From Eledone cirrhosa (lineage: Eukaryota), in the NCBI GenBank assembly GCA_964016885.1, contig OZ024742.1:48174001-48238000 (forward strand): a stretch of 64,000 bases of DNA. Reading direction: 5' to 3'. A model generated the notes under the pieces. It searched no databases. It had not been told where the DNA came from and saw nothing but the letters and a program-made list of their open reading frames with translations. Below are positions 14,561 to 26,915 of the stretch, piece by piece (positions within the stretch are counted from its first letter, which is position 1; every line of letters starts with the position of its first letter). A program made the translations under genes and the position numbers.

Positions 14561-15901
14561 TCCTGGACTCCATAATAAGGGAATGGTTTAACGTTAATAT
14601 TTGTTCCACCATTACAAATTTTACACATTTTTATTAACGTCGTGGAATCTTCTACAAGAACATATTTTAGCCATTTCAACACTGTGCATCAATTGTGAAT
14701 GTTAAGTATATTTTTTCAAAAGACGAAAAAGAAAAAAAAAACTTCTGGCAAAATGAATTACTTATTGTTCAGATAAAAATGAGATTTTGCCATATTATGT
14801 ATAATTTACATTGATCTGTCAGTATTAATATATTTTCTTTTCATATTGACTATTACATACGAATGTGTATCTATTACCTATCTCCCATGTGTATTTGTAA
14901 TGCTTCATATTAAATACGTACCACACTCTATTTCAATGAATTAACAAGGAAAAAAAATTGCGATAGACTTCATTCTTGAATGTTTAGGTTTGGTTCAATC
15001 ATATATATTTAAACATTATCTTATTTATTTATAGACTGTTTTATTACAATTTTCTTGTCTCTTGATATATTACATTTATTATATTGCTGCTATTCTCAGA
15101 CGCATTTTGGTAATGGTTATTACGTTTGAATGCTTGCCACTGTCTGAACAAACATTACATCATTTCGTGAGCAAGGATCTAACAGATTCTTTAACCGTAA
15201 GCGTTTCTATTTTAGAAATTCTCAATGGGTGAATAGCAAGTTTGCCTTCGGCAATATTTGAATGGGGACTTTAATAAAAGAAATAACGACAATGCCATGG
15301 CTGAAATTGCTTTTATTTTTCAATTGTTTTTCACATTGTCGAATAAATTGAGGAATACATGATTATCTTTACAAGTAATTTGAACACTAATAAACGATTC
15401 TATCGATTCATATTTAAGGAACATACAAGCATTATTGTGGAAAAATTAGGTTCCAGATATCAAGAACCTATAGTTCTGTTTCACTTCTCAGTAACCAAAA
15501 TAAAATACTAGTGTAGGCTGCTGTAATTTTCACTGTTTTCAGTAAAAGGAGTGCTTATATGCTGGAAAAAATGTTCCATTTCATATCGACACCATTACTT
15601 ATTTCATTGCTTTTGTTTTTCTACAGGTCTATATTTGTAATTAAAATGCCCTACAGACACAGTGCCAGCTTTAAGTTTAGAACGTTGCATTAAGCACAAA
15701 TCTATTTTCCGAGCCATCGACACACATAAACACACATAAATTTCTATATATATTTATATATATATATATATATATATCATATAATATAAAATGAAAAATC
15801 AGTGATGCATCTGAACTCAATTTATTGTGTGTTACAATTGTTTCGCCGGCGGACAGCTCGAGGCGCGATCATTGTGTGGATCTGTCTGATTCTAAACCGG
15901 C

Positions 15902-15979
<78 letters not shown>

Positions 15980-17308
15980 TATACAATTATCATAGTTGTG
16001 TTCAAATCATTTAATAGCTGACAATCGTTTATTCCAAACTCCCGTTTGGAGTCATCGGAGCATTATCAATGTCTGCACATATAATTACCATCCTATCCAA
16101 CTGAACAATAATATAGATACATATAAATTGTGAGCAACAGTTTCGTATTTAGAGGGTGGAATGGATGTGACATATATTTTACGAGAATTGTACAGTAATT
16201 GTACAAACATTCAAGTTCAAATTCAAATCAAAATTAAAATTAAAATCAAAATCAAAATCAAATGCACGGAGCGGAATACATGCAACAGTTAAAACAAGGG
16301 AATAGTTCAAATATTAAAGAGGCATTGAGGAAGCAGTTTTGAGAAAGGAAGAGTGCGATAACAAATCATATGCAGGCGTGTGGATAGTGTGACTGCGTAA
16401 GTCATATACATGAGAAGGAGACAAGTAAAGCTATTATGCATATATAGATGAATAAATACTGCAGTATTAGAGTCTATGGTGGGTGTTGAATGTTGATGGT
16501 GTTCGAATTAATGTGTGTTGAGAAGCATACAGTTTTTGCATGCTTTTCCATGACATATGTTGAATTACATTTCTGTTAATGTTTATATTGAGTGTTTTAA
16601 GTTAGTTATAGAAATGGATTGTAAATTAGTCTTAATGAATTCATATTCATAGACTATATTTGATGAACCGTTAAATTTTCAATCGTTAATATCCGGAAGT
16701 GAATAAGGGGAGCTAATGCGTAAGGGGAGGTAACTAGCTACTTAAGTTCAATTCAGTTATTAAAATTATTTGATTTAATACACAATATAATGTGATAACA
16801 TTGTACCTATGTTATATATCCCTGTATATTTACGCCTGATTTTAAATACAGTATTTTCTACTATCTTGCATTAAAGGTTTCTTTAGATTGTTATCTATTC
16901 ATTACTGGACAAGGTATATGTTATGAAGGATTACACAGCTGTTAATATGTCATAGTAGATATGCCATATGTGCAATAATATAATCCCTAATATAGAATGG
17001 TATTACATACTATATTTAATTATAAGTGTATATATACTTTATAACTATATATGTTGTGTAATTTAAGCATTTAATTATACAATTACAAATGCACACATAG
17101 TTTATAATCACACATTACATTAAATGTCTCTACATACCAAGTGCCAAGTATTTGATAATTGTATAATTTATTTATTTAACTGCTCTGTAAAAGAACTTAT
17201 GTTCATACATTGAGCTACTTCTCTTACTTGTAATAAGGTAATTAAGAAATTACTGACCTTCCTGTTTATACTTGTTTATACTATATACATATACATAACT
17301 ATAAATAG

Positions 17309-17347
<39 letters not shown>

Positions 17348-17699
17348 TATATATCATATTTACTTATATATGTTTATATATACATATATAAACATATATA
17401 AATACACATGATATATATATATCATATACATTTAAATATATTTATATATATATATCATACATATTTATATAAGTTTATATATCATATATATATATAAATA
17501 TATATATAGATAATTTAATATATCAACTAACATAAGCGCACAGATGCACGCCCATGCTAGCAAATACACATGTTATGTCATAGTACCTAGGTGGTTCAAT
17601 GCAGGAGAATGCAGAACGATAATATAAAAGACGTAAAATAAGAGAATATCTTTTAAAAAAAATTGTTTAAACATTTTTTACTTACTTACTTAAATTTTC

Positions 17700-17781
17700 A
17701 CTCCAACTAATTAGTTTCTGCAATGGGATAAAGACAGTTACGTAATCCAACTGTCGAGAATTCATTGCGTCATCAGGGAGT
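17700..17781 (-). ncRNA. Type I hammerhead ribozyme (family B)
   Basis: Reverse complement of the 18469-18550 motif. Confidence 0.8.
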
Positions 17782-18468
17782 CTATTCTCAGTTAAGTCTC
17801 CAGGCAATGCGCGGACACTGGCGGCTCATATAAAAATAATAATAATTCGGTAGATCGAACAGCTGGCGAGGACTGGATTCTATGTACCGAAATTCTCACT
17901 GCTTCAGGTCAAATGGCAGATTCTAAAGAATCAATCACGAAGGAATGGGATGGTAAGATGACTGACGCCTACTAACACCCCAAAAAAAAATTTTTTATTT
18001 TTTTTTATTTTTTTTATTTTTTTTATTTTTAGAAGTGGTTTTGGCAAGTTTGCTCGACAAATCAGTGATTTGGAGATAAATATAGATAATTTAATATATC
18101 AACTAACATAAGCGCACAGATGCACGCCCATGCTAGCAAATACACAGGTTATGTCATTGTACCTAGGTGGTTCAATGCAGGAGAATGCAGAACAATAATA
18201 TAAAAGACGTAAAATAAGAAAATATCTTTTAAAAAAAAATTTTTTTAATTTTTTACTTACTTACTTAAATTTTCACTCCATCCCATTCCTTCTAACTAGC
18301 CTCTGTGTCACGTGATTGATTCTTTAGAATCGGCCATTTGACCTGAAGCAGTGAGAATTTCGGTACATAGAATCCAGTCCTCGCCAGCTGTTCGATCTAC
18401 CGAATTATTATTATTTTTATATGAGCCGCCAGTGTCCGCGCATTGCCTGGAGACTTAACTGAGAATAG

Positions 18469-18550
18469 ACTCCCTGATGACGCAATGAATTCTCGACAGT
18501 TGGATTACGTAACTGTCTTTATCCCATTGCAGAAACTAATTAGTTGGAGT
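18469..18550 (+). ncRNA. Type I hammerhead ribozyme (family B)
   Basis: ACTCC-CTGATGA-C-GCAATG...CATTGC-A-GAAAC-TAATTA-GTT-GGAGT. Palindromic stem III ACTAATTAGT. Confidence 0.85.
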
Positions 18551-18786
18551 GAAAATTTAAGTAAGTAAAAAATGTTAAAAATTTTTTTTTAAAAGATATT
18601 TTCTTATTTTACGTCTTTTATATTATTGTTCTGCATTCTCCTGCATTGAACCACCTAGGTACTATGACATAACCTGTGTATTTGCTAGCATGGGCGTGCA
18701 TCTGTGCGCTTATGTTAGTTGATATATTAAATTATCTATATTTATCTCCAAATCACTGATTTGTCGAGCAAACTTGCCAAAACCAC

Positions 18787-18821
<35 letters not shown>

Positions 18822-19044
18822 GGGGGGGGTGTTAGTAGGCGTCAGTCATCTTACCATCCCATTCCTTCTAACTAGCCTCTGTGTCACGTGATTGATTCTT
18901 TAGAATCGGCCATTTGACCTGAAGCAGTGAGAATTTCGGTACATAGAATCCAGTCCTCGCCAGCTGTTCGATCTACCGAATTATTATTATTTTTATATGA
19001 GCCGCCAGTGTCCGCGCATTGCCTGGAGACTTAACTGAGAATAG

Positions 19045-19126
19045 ACTCCCTGATGACGCAATGAATTCTCGACAGTTGGATTACGTAACTGTCTTTATCC
19101 CATTGCAGAAACTAATTAGTTGGAGT
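19045..19126 (+). ncRNA. Type I hammerhead ribozyme (family B, second tandem copy)
   Basis: Same motif 576 nt downstream of the 18469 copy. Confidence 0.85.
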
Positions 19127-19362
19127 GAAAATTTAAGTAAGTAAGTAAAAAATTTAAAAAAAATTTTTTTTAAAAGATATTTTCATATTTTACGTCTTTT
19201 ATATAAATATATATATATATATATCATATTTATTTATATATGTTTATATATACATATATAAACATAAATCAATACACATGATATATATATATCATATATA
19301 TTTATATGTATTTATATATATATATATCATATATATTTATATATGTTTATATATATATATAT

Positions 19363-19416
<54 letters not shown>

Positions 19417-19419
<3 letters not shown>

Positions 19420-19800
19420 GTGTAATAAACAACATAAGGCAATTATCTCATTTACCAGTGGTTCCTTAAAAGCAAAAAAAATTTGATTTCAATCATCAGA
19501 ATGAAAAAATCCTTGTGTATTTATTGACGTTGGATTTTAAAAAGCAAAAATGCAATCTATGTGAAAGTGAGGCTGGAAAAGGAAGAAGGAAAGGAAAATA
19601 AAGGAAAGGAAAAAATCCACGGTCAATAAATACACCGGGATTTTTTCATTCTGATGATTGAAAGCAACATTTTTTTGCTTTTAAGAAACCACTGGCAAAT
19701 GAAATAATTGTCTTATGTTGTTTATTACATAACTATTAAGCTCTGTTACCTACATAGAGCACTCTTTTTTCCTGGACTTTTCCGACGGAATTACTTCATT

Positions 19801-19803
<3 letters not shown>
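19417..19803. mobile_element. Fold-back (TA)n-inserted element
   Basis: About 19417-19538 and 19612-19733 are inverted repeats, followed by a unique tail and (TA)n. Contains CTGATGA-TT-GAAA at 19651-19663. Confidence 0.7.
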
Positions 19804-19863
<60 letters not shown>

Positions 19864-19916
19864 TATATATTATATATATTCAATTATAAACATATATAAA
19901 TATATATGATATATAC

Positions 19917-19947
<31 letters not shown>

Positions 19948-20340
19948 TTGAGTATATGTTGGTTGTATACCAACACCTAAGTATGCAGATTGGAGCACTG
20001 GACGAAGTGCGCAGGTTCGTTTTGTTTAATTTAAATAAAACAAATATGTCAAATGTTTAAAATTTGGCTTCGTTTATTACTGCTATATATATTTCGGTGA
20101 TAGCCATCTTTGACTGTGACCTCATCAGGCAGTCCGAATTAGTGTGGTAGAGACGAGTACACATGTTGTTGAGGTGTTTAACTTTGTCAATACTCTGATA
20201 TGCCCAGTTCCTGGTTGGGTTGTTGTTTCACTGAGGAACTGGAATCATATGAATTTAAACAAACCAATTTCAGTGTCAAAGGACATCTTCTCCTCTCATT
20301 GGTCAGTTGTGAGAAGATTCCTCAGTCAAAAGTCTACTAT
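19948..20340 (-). mobile_element. Hammerhead-bearing (TA)n-inserted element, family D
   Basis: Reverse complement aligns with about 47790-48110. Flanked by (TA)n. Confidence 0.8.
20079..20133 (-). ncRNA. Type I hammerhead ribozyme (family D)
   Basis: Minus strand: ACTGC-CTGATGA-GGT...ACC-GAAA-TATATAT-A-GCAGT. Palindromic stem III. Confidence 0.85.
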
Positions 20341-20508
20341 ATATATATGAATTTATATGCGTTTATCGTGTGTCGAAGACCCGGAAAATTGATTTGTGCT
20401 TAATGCTAAACTTAATGCTGGCACTGCATCAATAGGGCATTTTAATTACAAATATATATGCATATATATTTATATGCATATCTGTACATATTTATATGTA
20501 TATATATA

Positions 20509-20938
20509 TATATTAAGAATGAATAATAACAGGTAGACATCATAAAAAGGTAATTTATTCCGTGTGCTTACAAATGTTTCCACGGTGGTACTACAGCCTA
20601 GTTATGCTATGTGCAAATTTACAAGAATTTATTCTGCTCTGAGGATACAGTGGTAACAGCTTTGGATATTTGAGTTCTGCAAATTCTTGTAAATTTGCAC
20701 ATAGCATAACAAGGCTGTAGTACCACCGTGGAAACATTTGTAAGCACACGGAATAAATTACCTTTTTATGATGTCTAACTGTTATTATTCATTCTTAATA
20801 TACACTCCGGAATACAGAAGGATCAGGAACTAAGTTTCTTCAACAATTCTTCCATAACTCATAGTGTAACCTCTCACCGTACGTCAACCATATCCAGTGT
20901 AGTAATTAACCCTTACTACATCTTGGGTAATCCTATAC

Positions 20939-20942
<4 letters not shown>
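20509..20942. mobile_element. Fold-back hammerhead element, family F
   Basis: 20509-20630 is the inverted copy of 20681-20802. The tail runs to (TA)n at 20942. Confidence 0.8.
20635..20746 (+). ncRNA. Type I hammerhead ribozyme with long stem II (family F)
   Basis: TGCT-CTGAGGA-TACAGTGGTAACAGCTTTG...CAAGGCTGTAGTACCACCGTG-GAAAC-ATTT-GTA-AGCA. Confidence 0.8.
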
Positions 20943-21005
<63 letters not shown>

Positions 21006-21597
21006 ATATATATATAAAATCGGCTTCAAAAAATGTCCGTCTGCCAGACTCTACTCACTTTTATCGACCAACCCAAACCTTGCTCTCAACAATATCTATC
21101 ATTTCAATATTAAAGATATCGTTATCATTACAACAAAATTACACGTTAGAGAATATGCAAAGAACCTATTTAGAAATCTACTTCAGACATTTGGGAGGGA
21201 GTATCTATGTGGTCTCTGTGTCTGCTAGAACCATGAGGCAAATTTCCCTCAAATTGCACTTTAACGTATGAAAAAGAAAGAAATGCTAATAGTATTTAGG
21301 ATTATATATAATATAATATATTATATTATATTATTCAGATTCTCTATTTCAGTGCATGTATGCCAACGTACATATGTGTGTTGGTATGTCAAATACACAC
21401 ATATATATCCGTGTTGGTTTGTTTTTTAATTTTTATTTCTTCTCTCTTTCTAATCCGATTGAAAACATTATTTGGCAGTGAATTGATGGTCGTTTTTTTT
21501 TGTCCCCCTACTTTTTCATTTTGTATATTTCTTTCGCCCTTCGCGTATATTTTGGTACGTTATATTTGTGAGGTTCCTATCAATGGTTAATAGTATT

Positions 21598-21676
21598 TTT
21601 ACGGGGTCGATAAAATAAAGTACCAGTAATGCACTGGTAAATTGCTGGCCTTGTGCCAAAAGTAGAAACAATTATT
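21598..21676 (+). mobile_element. SINE 3' fragment
   Basis: TTACGGGGTCGATAAAATAAAGTACCAGTAATG...GGCCTTGTGCCAAAAGTAGAAACAATTATT. Confidence 0.8.
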
Positions 21677-23192
21677 TGTGGTTATGTTTCCATTCTCGGA
21701 TGTATTCCACCATAGCAGCACATTCTGATCTCAGGAATCTTGTATTAGACAGTGAATTAATGCCGTGAATGGTTGGAACGCAAATGTATTTGTGTAATGG
21801 GTAATCCAAGCGTAAGATCATCAATGTATGGTAAACAAATCTTAAATAGAGCCTGGAACAGATATTACGCTAAGAGAACATGTTTACCTCGTTGGGTGTT
21901 GAATTTTTAGTTCCAGAATTAGTTTTTTTTTTCAATCACAGAAAAGTGCACACACATACATATATGTATATATACAGGTACATATATTAATGAACTTGTA
22001 TTTCACGTTAAACACAGAGGGACATCAGTAAATAATAATAACGATATTTAGATATGAAAATATAGATGTAGATATCTCTATTTCCGGGGGTTAATTTTCC
22101 CTGTGTGTGTAGCAACACGTGGTTGTGTGTGTTGCTGCTGACTCTAGCAGAGCCCAAGAAAACACGTCTATCCTTCAAGAGACAGCGGCTGGTTGGCGTC
22201 GATTCTAAGTCTGAAGGACGTAATATAATTTTTTCAACTGCCCTCATAAATGTAGGAAGAGCACACAAAAGAGAAAGAAAATAAACATGCTGACGATGTT
22301 CTCAGCTCTGTCTGAGATGACTAAAACACCAAAACCTGAAAATGTAAATATGGTGTAATGTCTTTGAATAGGAATATGGTTTTTTCGGGGGTTTTGTTAT
22401 ATACTTCGTCAGTATGGAGGCTGAGCATTCGACTGATGAACCAAATGAAATTCCACGATATAAAGAATAAAAACACTGCTACTTTTTGTTATCGACTCCT
22501 CAAAAATGGACAAATTTTACCTCGATAAGATGCGAACTTTGTGTTGAGTACCACATGGCGTTCTGTGTGATTCTCAAAACCTTCCTACCGATTCGACTGC
22601 TAACGTATTAAATATATGCATATTTACGAATATTAACTTTTGTTTCAATATGTCAAATAATTGGCACGATAGATATAATCTGTTGAATGTATATTTAGAT
22701 ATAAGGACACATGTTTACTCCACTTATTTTATATTTCAGGATATATATAAGGTTGTCGTTAATTTGGCGATTTTAGTGGTTGCTTATTTTTTGTACATGG
22801 TGGTTTTACGGTATGGTATTGGTTTGCGGGACATTGTATCTTTTTTTATAATGACAGTGATGATAATGATAATGAACATGATAATGACGATGATGATTAT
22901 AATGATTATAAATATTTAATGCTAATAATGATGAAACTGGTGTCGAGCGTAATATAGTAGTTGCGGTCAGGAACACAAAGGGAACGAAGGATGTTTATAA
23001 TATATTTCACACAAGGGATAACGATAAAACACCACTATAATCCAAGTGATAGTTACGATGAAACATTTTAAGTCTTTCATTCCAACGTTTCTACAGTTAC
23101 ACGTTTCATTTATTCCATTACGACCGTCATTGCTTTTATACATAGTGGAAATATAAAGTATTATGCCATTGTGCTAATGCTATATATATATA

Positions 23193-23236
<44 letters not shown>

Positions 23237-23821
23237 TATAAACATTCATACACACATATACACACTCACATATATGTATGCATATATATGTGTGTATGTA
23301 TTCACAAGTACATTTCAGGCAAATGTGCCGTTCACAGCTAATAATGTCATAATTTGTGACAGTGGACATTATACGACCGTAAGTAAAGGAATTGACTTTT
23401 ATCTATATACCTTTCCTTATTATTCCAGTTTCTCGTAAATATTCAGGAATTGATGAGCGAAAGACACGTTAAATTCTTTAAAAGGCAATATTATACTTGG
23501 CGTTCGGGCATTCAAATTCTGTTGGGTTTGACATTGCTTACACTCCCATTGCTCCCGATTAACAATGAACTATAATTCGATTTTAATTCCTTTGTGAATT
23601 AATTCTCACTTTATTTCGCTCAATATTTCCCTATCTGAAGTCATTAATGTCACACTTTTTGAATATAGCTATCTTATTACATATCAAATGAAGACAATAG
23701 AAACCCATTGCTGTGTATTCTACTTATTATAGTATGATAGTATTTACAGTATGCTAACTCTAAAAAGATATACACTGCCATGGTAAATTCAAGCTTTTTA
23801 CCTTAGACACAAGGACAGTAT

Positions 23822-24237
23822 TAAGAATACGATCGCGAATACAAGCGGCTGAAATGGGGTTCTCCAATGGCCATTTGAATTAACGTTACTTGATAACGTA
23901 CATATATCGGAGATCAGATAATCACGCCAGTGAGACGCTCTACTCCTGCGAATTGAGAAATCATAGCTCCGATACTATGGGAATGTGGTTAGAATGTCTC
24001 ACGAAAGAATAACTGGACAGATTTTACGGGAGAAACCAACCGGCAGAAACCCAGGGGGTAGGTCCAGAGCAAGATGATTGGATAACATCCATGAGTTTGT
24101 ATGACCAGCTGGATCATTTGCATACGGTTGCTTCTGATAGGATCCGCTGGAAAGATCGATTGAGGTCTCTGTCCCCGACGAACATAAAGAAGAAGAAGAA
24201 GAAGAAGAAGAAGAAGAAGAAGAAGAAGAAGAAGAAG
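23822..24237 (+). mobile_element. 5'-truncated RTE-clade LINE with (GAA)n tail
   Basis: Translation gives RIRSRIQAAEMGF...LLLRIEKS*LRYYGNVVRMSHERITGQILREKPTGRNPGGRSRAR*LDNI, followed by (GAA)n at about 24188-24237. Confidence 0.8.
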
Positions 24238-25081
24238 ATTTGATTAAATTTCCGACATTTCGATGGTAATTTGATAGGGATCCTGCAAGTATGAAATACA
24301 TCAACATCCAATGGTAAATTGAAATAAATGATTCATTTTTTTACCTAGGTAAAGACATTCAAAAATATACAGATAGCACCTCAAACAAAACCTGGAATAT
24401 TGATCTGCGACATGGCTAAGTAAAATCTATGTATTTAATTCAGTAAGAACTTATAACGCAAATAGCTTTGTGCAGATTTATGTAGATTTATGACAGGCTA
24501 AATATAGAGGAGAAAAACAGAAAGAGTTTTTTCCCATTGGTCGCATGTTTTATTCATCGACGATGACCAACTTTTTTGAAGAATGACAAAATAATAGTAG
24601 TTAATGAACAAAAAAATCCTGTTTCCTGCTCTCAATCGTATGCCTCATTTACGCCTGAAGATATACTCTTGTTCACAAACACAACGTATTCGCAGAAAAA
24701 TAAGTCTTTGATGCACAAATCTATCAAATATCAAGATCGTAGTAATTAAATGAAATTGGAATTCTTTCTTAAAAGCATTAATTTTTTTTGTAAACCGTAT
24801 TACATACAACCCAACAGTTTCTCTGCTCGTCATGAGGTCTCAACGATATTTTCTGATAAAAGAATGTTAAAATTTGTTATCAAGGCTAAGCTACGATAAT
24901 TCAAAATCTCATAGTTGGAACAGAACTGAAATTAAATAAAAAGAGACACCTAACCTTCAAGGGATTTCCATTTTTGTTGTTTTACATGTCACTTATCACA
25001 TAACTGCTTTTGTAATGTCACCCTGCCATATCCCTTCATTGATCGTCCTTATCGAAAAAATAATGCCAACTACAATGATGA

Positions 25082-25160
<79 letters not shown>

Positions 25161-25162
<2 letters not shown>

Positions 25163-26897
25163 TTTCTTTACTGGTCACAAGGGCTTACATCAAGAAAAAC
25201 ATTACAGATGGCACAGGACGGTACAGGGCGGTACGATGTGGGTTTTGTACGTGTAAAGATATGTATTATTTATATAAGAAAGAACAAAAAAGAGATAGAA
25301 ACATATATGTATATAAACAATGAAAATGAAAATTGAAACAATGAAAAATTCCCCAATAGGGTGGAAACCTCCGGCGGTTACACATGGCGAAAACCACACA
25401 AAAGACCACGGCCACACTGACCACCAGGGCAAGCGCCCTCTCACAATGTTTCTACTTCTCAAACTACAGGCGTATATTCAGAGTCGTCCCGTTCACTCGG
25501 AACATTCTCGCTACATTCACCCACCTTTCAACAAACTTGCTAGAAGGCAGCATTTGCCTCTCCACCTTGATTTTCCTCTTCAAGTGAAACTTGAACAAGT
25601 TATTCAGGGATTCGCCGAAGAGGAAAGTGTCTGTCTTTAACTCTTTCAACCTTGCCTACCACACACTCTCTTTCGCCATGGACACTAGGCAGATGAAAAT
25701 CGCCTTCCCTTCCTCCTCGAAGGAAGACGGCGAGACCATCTGCACCATGGACTCAGTCGATAATCGGAACGGTCCTACACGCGACAGCAACTGTTCGACA
25801 TAGCTCCACAAGTCAGCAATGCTCGGGCACTGAACGAATTCGTGCACGACGGTTTCGTCGCTCTGCGGGCATCTCGGACAGGCTCGGCTGACGGCATTTC
25901 CGTACCTGTAGAGCTTATCTCGAACCGGCAAGTCTCCCAGTAGCACTGCCAGGCCAGGGATATTTGGAAATTATCCATAGGCCCTGGGCTGAAAGTTCTC
26001 CGGAAGAGAGCAAACAGCTGATCTTCGACGCCCAGGATCTCTCCAAGAACGTCGTCGCTCTTTCCCTCCACTATTCTTCTTTGCTTCCTATAATTCCTCA
26101 TGTGTTATAAGGATGGTGTCCAGATTCTTTGCGATACCTGCAAACGAGATTGGTTTTTCATTCTTGTTGTTGTTGTCGTCAGAGCTGCTGTTACTTTTGT
26201 TGATGCTGCTGGTACTACGACCGCCGCTGTTGCTGCTGTTGTTGTTGTTGTTGATGATGTTGCTGCTGCTGCTGTTTTTGTTGCTGTTGCTGCTGCTGAT
26301 GTTCTTGTTTATGCTGCTGCTGTTGTTGTTGCGGCTGCTACTAGTATTTCTCTCGTCATTATTGCTGCTGCTGCTGTTATTACGGCTGCTGCTGCTATTC
26401 TACATGACGTCAGACCAATGAAATGGCTTTCCGTATTTACCGCACACATCTTTCGTCGTCGTGGAGAAATGTTCCACGGTACGCGCGTTCTCTTGATGAA
26501 GAACGCTTCGAGGAACTACATTTTCCGTTTTCTTTAATGGCGTCGCTTGCGAAAGAGGCGACAGAGGTGCCACTACATTTAGAGACGGGAGGGAGAGAGA
26601 TAATCTTGTTTCTGATATAATGACGATTGGGGAAGAAGACAGAAGGAGTTGGAGTGACTTGCGAAAATTCTTTTTTGTAGCCATGTTTTTTTACGGTTTA
26701 AAATGAATATTGGGTACAAATCCCCAATAACCGGTTATTTAACGCCGAAGGGCCCAAAACGGGCAGAGAGACCCCTCTCACGAGGGGGGGGGGTCTTTAT
26801 CTACAATTTGGTTCAAGTTTTAAACAATTTACAATTGTTATAACGGTTAAAAATTAAAATACCTTTCAGAGCCGAGCCTCCGTCAAGCATGGCATTC
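25161..26897 (-). mobile_element. Tx1-type LINE copy T1, internally deleted
   Basis: The 5' terminus GAATGCCATGCTTGACGGAGGCTCGGCTC and ORF1 start are fused at about 26075 to the ORF2 C-terminus (LAWQC, LPVRDKL, CPRC..ETVVH..QCP) and 3'UTR. (AAT)n on both sides. Confidence 0.85.
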
Positions 26898-26915
26898 AAT
26901 AATAATAATAATAAT

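Larger units (their letters stand above)
17507..19203. mobile_element. Non-coding retrozyme-like element, family B (~576-nt unit; ~1.35 units minus, then ~1.6 units plus)
   Basis: Direct repeats within each arm, inversion point at 18278-18281, three hammerheads, (TA)-rich flanks. Confidence 0.9.

Noticed and set aside
15627-15690. Apparent exon after ttttctacag
   Set aside because: The segment is the reverse complement of 20400-20458, so it is a dispersed repeat fragment.
22430-22465. CTGATGA-ACCAAAT-GAAA motif
   Set aside because: No stem I, II or III complementarity.
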